Source of the DNA: Octopus vulgaris
Taxonomy: Eukaryota
DNA length: 64,000 nt
Reading direction: 5' to 3'
NCBI GenBank assembly: GCA_951406725.2
Contig: OX597817.1
Span: 69,192,001-69,256,000, forward strand
Shown here: one piece after another, positions 12,230 to 25,386 of the stretch
Position numbering within the stretch: the stretch's first letter is position 1
Layout: the number at the start of each line of letters is the position of its first letter
Program-made: the position numbers and the translations under genes
The notes under the pieces: model-generated
Told to the model about the DNA's origin: nothing
The model's database searches: none
What the model saw: only the letters and a program-made list of their open reading frames with translations

Positions 12230-12730
12230 GTTGTCAGCATCACTTAACTGGCTCCTGTACTGGTGGCATGTAAAAAACACCATTCGAATGTGGTCATTTC
12301 CAGTGTCACTAGACTGGCTCCTGTACCGGTGGCATGTAAAAAACACCATTTGAGTGTGGTCGATGCCAGTACTGCCTGACTGGCCCTCATGCCAGTGATA
12401 CATAAAAGGCACCCACTACACTCTCGCAGTGGTTGGCATTAGGAAGGGCATCCAGCTGTAGAAACTTTGCCAGATCTCAGTCAAATCGTCCAGCCCATGC
12501 CAGCATGGAAAGCGAACGTTAAATGATTATGACGACGACGATGATGATGATTATGATATATCCACACAAAACAGGCTTCTTTCAATTTCTGTTTACCAGA
12601 TCTATTCACAAAGTTTTGGTTGGCCCAAAACCTTAGTAGAAGACACTTGCCCAAGGTACCATGTACTCAGACTGAATATGGAACTATATGGTCTGGAAGT
12701 AAACTTACCACAAAGCCACACTTGCATTTG
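11960..12730 (-). mobile_element. SINE family A split by an RTE 3'-end fragment (12228-12555, +)
   Basis: The SINE halves flank an insert carrying GTGCCNGTGGCA..TAAAAAGCACC repeats and a (GAT)n tail. Confidence 0.75.
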
Positions 12731-13335
12731 TATTTGCTTATATTTTGTACATACAAGATGTAGAGAATTAAACATGGAAATTAAAGAGTCAAAAAATTTA
12801 CACACGCTCACATACAGGTGACAGCCTTACTATATAGTTTTCTGTCTGTCTATGAAATTCCACTTAAGGTTAAATAGAAGCTACAATAGAAAACACCTGC
12901 TCAAGTAAACATGTACTCTGATCAAAACAAGGACATGATAGCAATGAAGCAGACATGATAAACACAACACATCCTTACACAGATCTGAGTGACTATATAC
13001 ATGTATATAATCTAGATATAGAGTGACTGGGAGAGGGAGAAAGGGCTGGGGAGGGAAGGAAATATTTGTTTGTAAGTGTATGTTTGAATAAATAAACTTA
13101 GATTAAGTCATACAATGTAGATACATGAATATTGCTATAATATGTTTACAAACATTGTTTCAGTATTGCCTGAAACATAATTTCTCCATAAATATTGGTA
13201 AACTTGTCTCCTTCATCCAAATTTAATAAGTTTCAAAAAAGATTTTGGAAAATTAATTACTTCCTCTATAAATAAGATAACTAATGAACATATTGAGATA
13301 CAAATTGATTTAGACAGAGTTAAAATTGTAATCAG

Positions 13336-13405
<70 letters not shown>

Positions 13406-14529
13406 TATAATATATAGATTAAAATTTGTAGACCATCATCGCCATTATCATCATCACACCCCACCACCACTACCACCACCATCATCATCGGCATCATCAT
13501 TGTTTTAACATGTACTATTCCATGCTTGTAGTATATGTCATGGGTAGAGTCTTCCAAAGCCAGATACACTTACTGTTGCCAACACCCAATTGGTTCCGAG
13601 TGAGGTATAAACTCTCATTTTATTGAACAATGAATAGGCCGGACATGTTTACGTGGAGAACTGGAGACCAGCAATGTTATATGGTCAAACCATTTGCTTA
13701 CAAACATCATGCAATATCCACACATGTAAATAAGCTACAGTTGACATATGTATATAAATTATAATCAATATATATACATACATAAATATATATATATGGC
13801 ACTATACATGTGTATATATACAGATGTGTGTGTGTATATATATATACATACAGATGTGTGCACATATGTATCTGTGTATGTATATATATATTGAGGGGAA
13901 AAAGAGAAGAAAATGCAGAATAAATGGATGTAATTACTGATTTATTTGCAGGTTATAAAAAGATGGTTTTTTTAAAACAAACATTACAAATAAATAAATT
14001 GATGGGCTAAAAGCTCAAAAAAATCAAGATAACAACTGAAAAAACAACCTACATATATGTTTCCCTCATACCATTTAGATGATAGGAATCTCGAAGCATA
14101 CTGTTTAATGCAAAGGAAGTTGCCACGTTCAAACTATATTGTGGTAGGACGTCTTCAGGGTTCAAAAAAAAGTTAATGCAAATTAAGTAATCATTTTATC
14201 TTTTGAAGGAAGTGTATAGTAAGTATTAGCAGGTAATATGATACAAATAAAATACACTTCCCACAAATGCTATACTATACATAGAGGACAGGAGTAAAGG
14301 GATAAGGAGATGAAGAGAGAGAAGAAAAAAGAAGTATAAAAGTTCAGACTTCGAATTTCCGATGTTGTAGTCCTTAGGTGCAATCCTGTGTTGATTCATG
14401 TGGGTTAAAGTCCTGATATTATAAACATCCAGGAAAAAAGTTGCAAACATATCAACGATCAATAAAAGAATGGTAGCAGAGGTGGCTATGAAGTGGTAAA
14501 AGGAAAGAAAAGTAAATAAATAGAAATGT

Positions 14530-14533
14530 GTAC

Positions 14534-14594
<61 letters not shown>

Positions 14595-14994
14595 ATATAT
14601 ATATATATATATATATATATCAATATATATTATATATATACATGTATATATATAACATATATTATATATCTTTTATATATTATATATATATATATAGAGA
14701 GAGAGAGATTACATAGATTATATATATCATATGTATATTATATATATATATATTATATATATCATATGTATATTTTATAATATATTATATATATCATATG
14801 TATATTATATATATATTATATATATATACATATATATATAATATATATATTATATATACTATATATATACCATATATATATTATATACATACATATATAT
14901 TTTATATATTGATATATATATACGTATATGTTATATATATGTTATATATATATATATGTATGTTATATATATATATATATAAATATGTATGTGT

Positions 14995-15040
<46 letters not shown>
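14530..15040. repeat. Degenerate (TA)n microsatellite
   Basis: Directly visible. Confidence 0.95.
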
Positions 15041-15043
<3 letters not shown>

Positions 15044-15401
15044 TCAAAATAAGCAACAAGGATATCCAAGGTAGTGTAGTACAATCGTTTCATGCTACTT
15101 CATTTTATTAAACAATGTAAGTATTACATCAGTTTTAAAATGCAGAGTAATCTTCAGCCACATATAGAATTTTTTTTAATTAAATAGACAATGTACATTT
15201 TTATACTTATTTTATTTGCCAACATTACAAAGAGGGTAGATATATAGATAGAGAGGTTAATTTCATGATTAAGAACAAGGTGGTAGAAGGTCCTTCTCCA
15301 TCTAATCACCCCATTTGATTTATATGGATAATACCATACTAAATTCTGTGCCTTTAACTTGAGTACCATATTCATCTGTATCTACATTTTGCTGAACTTA
15401 C

Positions 15402-15436
<35 letters not shown>

Positions 15437-15439
15437 TTC

Positions 15440-15776
15440 TTTTATTCTTGTTTACTTGTTTAAGTCATTTGATCGAAGACATGCTGGGGCACCGCATTTA
15501 GTTTAGCAAATCAACCCCAGGACGTATTCTTTGTAAGCCTGTTACTTATTCTATTGATCAATGTTGCTCAACCACTAAGTTATAGGTGCATAAACACATC
15601 AGCATCAGTTGTCAAATGATGTTGGGTCCACAAATACAGACACACAAACATACACACACACATATATGCCAGGCTTCTTTCAGTTTCCGTCTTCCAAAGT
15701 CAATCACAGGATTTTAGTTGGACCATGGTTATAGTAGAAAAGACTTGCCCAAGGTTCTACACTGTGAGACTGAACC
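15440..15776 (-). mobile_element. SINE family A (diverged)
   Basis: Reverse-complement similarity to the family A body and tail. Confidence 0.75.
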
Positions 15777-15786
15777 ATATATATAC

Positions 15787-15818
<32 letters not shown>

Positions 15819-16524
15819 CTGTGTGTATATATGTAAGAAAAATTTGACTAGGGACTATTGGGGTTGCCACCTGCAATGGCTTCTTGAATAAGAGAGTGTA
15901 GGAGAGAGAGTTTACTAAAAGAAAAAGAAGAGAGGGTAAAGATTCTGTTAAGGGCATAGAAATGATTCTGGGTTTATATATTTTTTTTAATTATTATTAC
16001 TATGGGAAATCTTTTTCTATGAATGACATAGCATATGAAATAATCTTTCCCTAAAATCTGCGTAAAATAGTTTTTTGCATAAGTGAGAAAGTATATGAAA
16101 TAATATTTCCATATAATCCATGCAAAGTGCATCCAGTCGATATAGTAAAGTTGTTGGCATTTGGATGGTCATACTGCTGTAAAAACCACGTAAAAAACAA
16201 ACCTTGCATTTGCTGGTAACACATAAAAAGTACTCAGTCCACTCTGCAGGGTGGTTGGTGTTAAGAAGTGCATCCATCCATAAAAACGATGCCAAAACAG
16301 ACACAGAAGTCTGGTGCAATATTCTGGCTGGATGGATCCGGTCTAAATCATCCAACTCAGGCCAGCGTGGAAGGTGGATGGTAAACATATTCATATATAT
16401 GTGTGTGCGTGTGTGTGAGTAAATATGTATGTAAATATATATAAGCATGTATGTATATACGTGTATATACAATATTATATGTATGTATATATATATATAT
16501 ATATATCCGTTCGTGGCCGTTCGA

Positions 16525-16562
<38 letters not shown>

Positions 16563-16602
16563 TAGCATGCGGACGCTAAATGATGATGATGATGATGATG
16601 AT

Positions 16603-16644
<42 letters not shown>

Positions 16645-16763
16645 TATATATATATATATAAAATCGATTATATATATATATATATGTATATATATGTATA
16701 TATATATATATGTATATATATGTATATAATATATGCTCAAAACACTATATATATATGTATGTA

Positions 16764-16800
<37 letters not shown>

Positions 16801-16808
16801 GTATGTAC

Positions 16809-16852
<44 letters not shown>

Positions 16853-16859
16853 TTATAGT

Positions 16860-17014
16860 GACTGTGTGGTAAGTAGCTTGCTTACCAACCACATGGTTCT
16901 GGGTTCAGTCCCACTGCATTGCACCTTGGGCAAGTGTCTTCTACTATAGCCTTGGGCCAACCAAAGCCTTGTGAGTGGATTTGGTAGGCAGAAACTGAAA
17001 AGAAGCCCGTCGTA

Positions 17015-17064
<50 letters not shown>

Positions 17065-17208
17065 CATACATATATATGTGTGTGTGTGTGTGTTTGTCTG
17101 GCTGTGTTTGTCCCCCCAACATCGTTTGTCAACCGACTAAAAGGTGGTGCTCCAGCATGGCCACAGTCAAATGACTGAAACAAGTAAAAGAGAGAGAGTA
17201 AAAGAGAA
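16860..17208 (+). mobile_element. SINE family A (internally deleted)
   Basis: Head, (TA)n and tail match the copy at 46605. Confidence 0.85.
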
Positions 17209-17237
17209 TATATATATATATATATATATAAATGACG

Positions 17238-17520
17238 TTTTATATATAAATAGTAATTTCTGTCTTTCTGTGTGTCTGTCTGCCTGCCTGTTACCATCTT
17301 ACTACCTAAGCCATAGAAACAGTTATCACCAAACTTTGCATACCTGTTAAACACAACATCTAGTTCAATAATGGGCAAATTGGATTTCAATAAAAATCTA
17401 TCATGTGACCCACCAGGGGTTTTGGTGAATTATATGAGAAAATGTGAAATGTGTAGTAGTGTGAAGAAAATATGGTGACAGAGGTTACTGATACCAGGTA
17501 AGAGAAATATGTAAGACTAT
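17238..17520 (+). mobile_element. Helitron-like non-autonomous repeat (second copy ~21228-21500; inverted fragment ~35870-35970)
   Basis: Shared TTTATATATAA..CTGTCTGTCTG..CACCAAACTTTGCATA..GGCAAATTGGATTT..ATATGGTGACAGAGG. Class assignment rests on resemblance only. Confidence 0.5.
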
Positions 17521-18291
17521 TGAATTAATGAACGCTTTACTTCTTTCCTTTCCTTTCGTTACATCTTGTTTCTATTCTTCCTTTGCCATTTATCTTTGCC
17601 ATTTAATCATTCTGATGACATCTATCAATTGCACCAAGCTAAATGTAAATTTGTCCCAGCTTGATATACTGAAACAGCTATAAACATACTCTGATCTTTA
17701 TTAAATGACTTTAAAACACCAATGATCCACTTCTAACTGTTATTATTGCTCCATTTCTTATCGTTTTTTTACATATATTAAACAATGGTTTTCCCTTTTA
17801 AATTACCTACTACTGTATACCTTATAACAAGGACCATACATACTGAGGCAATATCAGGAGTGCTTTTGGATACATCTATCCCTTAGATGGTTACATTACC
17901 TCTAACTTATATCTTACACAATATATATATATATATATATAATCAGACAAACTATTTTCAAAATAGTGATGATGAACAGAATAATAGAATGGAGATGTAA
18001 TTCTTGCATCTCCATATCTATTTAACTAAGAAACTCGTCCACAAGTAATCAAATGCCGGGTGAATTTTTGTCATTTTTTTCTCTATGCCTACGTGAATTG
18101 TTTTGAGTATACATTGTCTGGGAGATCCTTCTTATAGTAGAAGAAATAGCTAAGTTCTTTGGCTGCTATTTCTAAAAGTTCGGTATGTGGCAAAGCAAAT
18201 TTTTTTTGGTGAATCCTAATTATAATTATACTTGTAATTATATAAAGTAATATGTGTGTGTGTGTGTATATGTATGTATATATGCTCTTAT

Positions 18292-18600
18292 ACATCACGT
18301 GATCACATAACCGACCAGACCACCAGATGTTGCCAAACATCGCTGGTCATAATGTGTTCGCATTGTTTTAGCCTTCGAGTGACGCCACCCCCCTGGCTAA
18401 GCGAGCAGGCTAACGGAAGAAAGAGTGATAGAAAGAGTGGTGAAAGAGTACAGCAGGGATCACCACCCCTTGCCAGAGGCTCATGGAGCTTTTAGGTGTT
18501 TTCGCTCAATAAACACTCACAGCGCCCAGTCTGGGAATCGAAACCGCGATCTTACGACCGCGAGTCCACTGCCCTAACCACTGGGCCATTGCGCCTCCGC
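18292..18600 (-). mobile_element. tRNA-derived SINE, family D1
   Basis: Minus head GGAGGCGCAATGGCCCAGTGGTTAGGGCAG...GTTTCGATTCCC. The head is shared with 41075-41380. Confidence 0.85.
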
Positions 18601-18609
18601 TCTTATACA

Positions 18610-18702
<93 letters not shown>

Positions 18703-18703
<1 letters not shown>

Positions 18704-18955
18704 ACTGCAATTTTTTGTTGTACAACCTGCACACACGATTTGTTTATAGTGATCCATTGTACATGTACATTAGCTCAATAACAAATCAATATTGTTTGAA
18801 CAGCTGTACGGTGTACAAAATTTCAGTTGTTCAAGTGACCACAGAGGAACATGTGATAAACTGCTTTTCTGAAGAACACTATATCTGCCGCCCTGTCCAA
18901 GAACTGAACCAATAACGTCATGATTGTCAGTGCAACACCTTAAATGTTAGGTCAT
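18703..18955 (-). mobile_element. Old SINE-like repeat (second copy ~20830-21088)
   Basis: Shared CCTGCACA.ACGATTTGTTTATAGT and GTCCAAGAACTGAA..CAGTGCAACACCTTAA. Confidence 0.65.
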
Positions 18956-19314
18956 GTGATCTCATTCTTGCTCACAACATCGTAAGCAGAAAGTGTAACC
19001 TCTCGAAAGAGCTGTTCTTCACTCCTGCTCTAAAGCGTTGGCTGTGGGGTCACTACGAAAAGCTCTATCTGCGATGATTTCATCTCAATCAAAGGAGATT
19101 GGCTTTCTCCGTCCGGGTTGCAGATTCGTGGAATAAGCTGCCAGACGAGATAGTGAAGATGCCGACGACCGCTCGTTTCAAAGTCTCTCTTGACCAGAAA
19201 TGGCCTGAACTCTTTGCATGAACACCCTCCGTGTACATAACTCCATGTCCCCCTACATGGCCTTGCTTTTTGCTTTTTGAGCCAAAAAATTAACTTAACT
19301 TAAGTTAACTTAAC
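18956..19314 (+). mobile_element. CR1 LINE 3' fragment with (TTAAC)n tail
   Basis: Aligns with 6936-7285 but shows many CpG-type transitions. Confidence 0.92.
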
Positions 19315-19491
19315 ATACATATATATGTAAATAAATATATGCTTCTATATATGTATGTATATATATGTATGTGTGGATATATATATGTATGTATGTGTGT
19401 ATATATATATATGTGTGTGTGTGTGTGTATGTGTATATATATATATGTGTGTATGTATATATATATGTATGTGTATGTATAAAGATATGTA

Positions 19492-19535
<44 letters not shown>

Positions 19536-19598
19536 TAGATAGATAGATAGATAGATCGTTAGATAGGTAGATAGAAAGATAGATAGATAGATAGATAC

Positions 19599-19631
<33 letters not shown>

Positions 19632-20050
19632 AAGATAGATAGATCGTTAGATAGGTAGATACAGTTATATAGATATATCTATGTATGTATAATGGGATGT
19701 TAAATTCAGTACACATACCATATACACCTGACGCTGCATACATACTTTCCTAAATATATATATATATATAAAGTACCCAGTACACTGTAAATTCATTGGC
19801 TGCACAAACCATACCAATGCAGACAGTGGACCCTGATGCAGCTGTCTGGCTTGCCAGCTCCTGGCAAAACATCCATCTTCTATGCCAGCAAGGAAGATGG
19901 ACATCCAATGATGATGATCATATTGATCTATATTTGTATGTGTCTGTCTAGCAATCTATTTATCTCTCTATCTGTCTATATATCTAACACATATATAGAT
20001 ATATATATATACACACACATACATATATGTGTATGTATGTATATATATAT

Positions 20051-20088
<38 letters not shown>

Positions 20089-20139
20089 TAGATAGATAGA
20101 TTAGATAGATAGATAGATAGATAGATAGATATAAACTCG

Positions 20140-20542
20140 CTTTATTCTTTTACTTGTTTCAGTCATTTGACTGCGGCCATGCTGGAGCACCGCCTTTAGT
20201 CGAGCAAATCGACCCCAGGACTTATTCTTTGCAAGCCTAGTACTTATTCCATTGGTTTCTTTTGCCGAACTGCTAAGTTACAGGGACATAAACACACTAG
20301 CATTGGTTGTCAAGTGATGTGGGAGGGGGGCAAACACAGACACAAACACACACATATATATACATATACATATATATGACGGGCTTCTTTCAGTTTCCGT
20401 CTACCAAATCCACTCACAAGGCTTTGATTGGCCTGAGGCTATAGCAGAAGACACCTGCCCAAGGTGCCATGCAGTGGGACTGAACCTGGAACCATGTGGT
20501 TGGTAAGTAAGCTACTTACCACACAGCCACTCCTGTGCCTAT
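20140..20542 (-). mobile_element. SINE family A, near full length
   Basis: Reverse complement of 46605-47010. Confidence 0.9.
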
Positions 20543-20565
20543 AACATATATGTGCATGTATGTGC

Positions 20566-20614
<49 letters not shown>

Positions 20615-21809
20615 CAAGCAGAGGGTATGGGGAATAAATTTGTCATCTAGATTATGAAAAAAATGAAAATAACACTGACATCTCATCTTAACAGATATAT
20701 TTGTCAAATTTTGTCATAAAAAAAAGAAAAAACATGTTTATATAATATATATATATATATGTGTATATATGTATATATATATGTATGTGTGTGTGTATGT
20801 ATATACATATAAATACATATATATGTATGGCTCTGCAATTTCTTGCCGTACCTCCTGCACATACGATTTGTTTATAGTAATCAAATGTACGTGCTGTACG
20901 TTGGCTCACTCCCTCCATTAAATCAATGATGTTTGAACAGGTGCACGGTGTACATGTCAGTTGTTGAATTGGTCACGGAGGAATATGAGATAAACTTCTT
21001 TCCTCAAGAACACTACACACTTCCCAGTCCAAGAACTGAATCCATGACTTCACAATCATCAGTGCAACACCTTAACTGTTAGGCCATATCGTTGACTATT
21101 GAAAAGATTGTAAGACGCAATGAAAAATAAATAAGTAAATGAGTGGAAACTTTACCAGTGAGTGTGTTAAATAATAAGACACTAAAAGAGAATGACTCTC
21201 CCCAGACACAACATAATAATGTATAGACTTTATATATAATCGGCAATTCCTGTGTTTCTGTCTATCTGCTTGTTACCACCTTACTGCCTGAAACATTGGA
21301 CTAATCTACACCAAACTTTGCATATATGTTAAAATAACATCCAGTTCCATAATAGGCAAATTGGATTTAAGTAAATATGTATGTGTACACCAAACCCCAG
21401 GGGATTAGATGAATTATATGATAAAATGAGAAATGTGTAAAATAGTAGTGTGAATGAAATATGGTGACAGAGGGTTACTGATATCAGGTAAGAGGAGAAC
21501 AGTGTTGTCTAAGCAACAAATATGGAGTGGCAATGGGATTATAACGTTAATACAACTGTCACATACATGCGACATTGCATACGTACTTTCATAAATACAT
21601 AGATACATGCACACACACAGAGAAACACACGCACATACACATGCACATAAGAAACTTTTTAAACCACAAGGGAGGGGAAGAAAGTGAGTGTGAGGATTAT
21701 ATAGATTTAAGAGGACAGTGAGTATTGCTTTTCTGCTGTCCATCACAAAGAAACAATTGCACATAGACACATACACAGAAATATACATACATACATACAC
21801 ACATATGAC

Positions 21810-22690
21810 TTGAGAGAAAAGTTGGACCTAAGAAGCATCAGATGTGGTGTGCAAGAGAGACGACTACACTGGTATGGTCATGTGGTGAGAATGGATGTTG
21901 ATAGCTGTGTGAAAAAGTGCCACACCCCAGTGTTTGAGGGAACCTGTAGAAGAGGTAGACCCAGGAAGACCTGGGGTGAGGTGCTGAAGCACAACCTTCA
22001 AACATTAGGCCTCACAAGGCAATGACTAGTGACCGAGACCTTTGAAAATATGCTATGCTTGAGAAGAGCCAGCAAGCCAAGTGAGACCATAACCCATGAC
22101 CTATGCCAGGGGTGTAACCAGCTCACTTATGCATCCCTTTCCTTCATTGGACACTAAACTCTGCTTGCAAAGACCTGTTTAGGCAAGTGAAATCGAAATC
22201 AAAATCAAAATCAAATTTGATGACAGCACCACATGACTGGCATCCATGCTAGTGGAGCGCTAAGAGCACCATCCAAGCGTGATCGTTGTCAGAGCAGCTG
22301 AATGGCTTCATTGCCGGTAGCACATAAAAAGCACCATTTGAGAGTGACTGTTACCAGCGTTGCTTTACTGGCACATGAAAAAATATTCAAGCAAGGTCAT
22401 TGCCAGTGCCACTGGACTGGCTCCTGTGCAGGTGGCACGTAAAGAGCACCATTTGAGCATGGCTGTTGCCAGTACCGCCTGACTGACCCTTGTGCCGGTG
22501 GAATGTAAAAGACCCCACTACACTCTTGGAGTGGTTGGTGTTAGGAAGGGCATCCAGCTGTAGAAACTCTGCCAGATCAGATTGGAGCCATCTGGTTCAC
22601 CAATCATCAGTCAAATCGTCCAACCCATACCAGCATGGAAAGTAGACATTAAACGATGATGATGATGATGATGATGATGATGGTGATGAG
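21810..22690 (+). mobile_element. RTE-clade LINE 3' fragment
   Basis: RRLHWYGHVVRMD..GRPRKTW C-terminal motif, a 3' UTR with ~60-bp tandem units and a (GAT)n tail. Confidence 0.88.
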
Positions 22691-22702
22691 ATTAGGGTAC
22701 AA

Positions 22703-22994
22703 AGAAGCACCAGCTTTGCTAGAAGTAGCAGTCAGTATTGTTATGAGTAAAACTGGCTGAAGAGAATCAAGTGCTTTTTTGGCACTAAATTCGAAATCAT
22801 GATACCAGATTAACTGCTGTTCTTTTTGCAGAGATAAGATACAATTCGTATTCACTTAGCTATTTTTTTTTCGATCATGCCTGTAAAAATCTAGTGATAA
22901 TTCCTGTGGCTTCAGAGTTTTTTAAGACTCCTATTTTTAGCAAAGCTGGTGCTTCTGGAGGAGATAAGTCTTGTTTCGATTTTCTCCCTTAATA

Positions 22995-23035
<41 letters not shown>

Positions 23036-23125
23036 AATTATCCATTTAAAATATAAATTGCTTATTTCCATGCTGACTACCTGATTATTACCATTAACAT
23101 GATTTTTATCCTTATTTTATGAGTG
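22703..23125. mobile_element. Fold-back repeat with 31-bp inverted arms (22703-22733 / 22926-22956); same family as 47630-47890
   Basis: AGAAGCACCAGCTTTGCTA is inverted. The downstream GGAGGAGATAAGTCTTGTTT and AAATTGCTTATTTCCATGCT..GATTTTTATCCTTAT segments are shared with the 47.6-47.9 kb element. Confidence 0.7.
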
Positions 23126-25069
23126 TATATATATATGTGTGTATGTATATATATATATTGCCTGTTATATACATTATATTATTATTTTTATAATTTACTT
23201 CCATCTTTACTTTTTAATTGTCACTTTAATTTTAACTTTCCTTTCCTATGATATACAATTTTCAAGATGGTGTAATTTGGTTGTTCATTTTGAACAACAA
23301 GTTTTTGAACAACAAGTTTTTTTTTTCAAATATTTCATGTATAAGTCTGTGTATATATATGTAGTGGTATAAATATCAACACAAAAAAAAAATTTTTTTC
23401 TTCTCCCCTTCCTCCCTTATTTTTATTTTTATTTTCCCTTTTCTCTTTTTGTCTCTCTCCCCTTCTCCAAACACACACACACACACACAAACACAAACAC
23501 ACACGGACACACAGAGACACACACACACACCTCCACAAAACGATCATACAAAGAGTTCTTAGACCCCAAATGGCATTTGACCATCCTCAAAATCATAAAA
23601 GGTGTAATTTATGCCTACCCACCAACACACACTTAGTGACACTAAAATGGACAAAAGCTAAAATTCTTAGAACTCCCTTGGGGGTCCAGCAGGCCAAAGG
23701 AAATCTTTCTTCTTCTTCCCTCTCCCTTCCCCTCTTTCTCTTTAGCCTCAGATACAAACGCACACACATGTTCTCTCTTTCACTTCCTCTTCATCCACTT
23801 CACCCTCTTGTGCTGTCTTGTTCCTCCCACCACTACAAAACTCTATAAAATGATTAAAATTCCCCACAAAGGAATTATTTTGAAAACCCCACTAGAATGG
23901 GAGAAAGCGCTAATGATCTGAATGATATGATCTGAATGATATGATATATATATGTAAAAAATGTAATATATAAATAAATATCTGTAAATATGAACCATCC
24001 GATCTTCTGATTACCTCATTTCTTCTAATATATAATACCTGTACATCATCTCCAAACCTTCCAATGTATATATATATATATAAGTTTGTATATATATATA
24101 AGCTAAGTTTGTAAAAGTTTTTAATTTTCATCTCACTAAATTTATCCAGCTATTGTGTATCTAGTGCACTCTTCGCCTTGAATGTAATGATATATGAATA
24201 ATATATGGCGTGTACTGGTACACCGGCGATTATAATTAATTTTATTGCATCGCATTTATCTTTGTTTATATATATATATATATGTGTGTATATATATATA
24301 TATAAGAATTTTTTTGCGTAATAAGATAAAAAAAACTAAGGCTGTGTAGATATTAGAACATTCATAGTCTATATATATATGACAGGCTTCTTTCAATTTC
24401 CATCTACTAAATCCACTCACAAGACTTTGGTCGGCCCAAGACTATAATAGAAGAAATTTGCCTGAAGGGTCATACAGTGGAATTCATCCCAGAACCATGT
24501 GGTTGAGAAGCAATCTTCTTAACATGAAGCCACATATATACACACACATCATCACTATCATTTTAACATCCACTTTACATGTTTGCATGGGAATTTATTG
24601 AGGTAAATTTTCTATAACCAGATGCCCTTCTTGTCACCAACCCTCATCTGTTCCCAAGCAAGGTAATATTTCCCCCAGACCAGACAGGTTTTCACTGAAG
24701 ACTGGAAATAGTTGACACTACTTTTATGATAGTAACACTCATTTACAACTAATGCATGATACCAAAGAAAAGAAGACACTAACATACAAACTCCCATATA
24801 TAAGCCCACCATACACTCACACACACACATATACACACAAAGACACACTATCACCTACACATATACACACAGAGACACACTCACAAGCACACATGATGTG
24901 CTTCTTTCAATTTCTATCTACCAACTGCACTCCCAAGGCTTTGGTTGACCAGAGGCTAAAATAGTAGGCATTTCCTTGAGATGCCACGCAGGTGAACTGA
25001 TTCCAAAACTTCATGACTGCAAAGCAAAGGAACATCAAAAGCTAAGTCTCACACATTTATGAAATATAT

Positions 25070-25386
25070 ATGGCCTCCGTGCCGGTGGCACGTAAAATGC
25101 ACCATCCGATTGTGGCCGTTACCAGCCTCGTCTGGCCCCGTGCCAGTGGCACATAAAAAGCACCTTCCGATCGTGGCCGTTTGCCAGCCTGGCACCTGTG
25201 CCGGTGGCACGTAAAAAGCACCCACTACACTCACAGAGTGGTTGGCGTTAGGAAGAGCATCCAGCTGTAGAAACACTGCCAGATCAGACTGGGCCTGGCG
25301 CAGCCTTCTGGCTTCCCAGACCCCAGTTGAACCGTCCAACCTAGTGTGGAAAGCGGACGTTAAACGATGATGATGATGATGATGAT
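25070..25386 (+). mobile_element. RTE 3' UTR fragment (similar fragments at ~35290, 38600, 41450(-), 56290, 61435)
   Basis: GTGCCGGTGGCACGTAAAAAGCACC units, GGTTGGCGTTAGGAAG.GCATCCAGCTGTAGAAAC and a (GAT)n tail. Confidence 0.85.
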
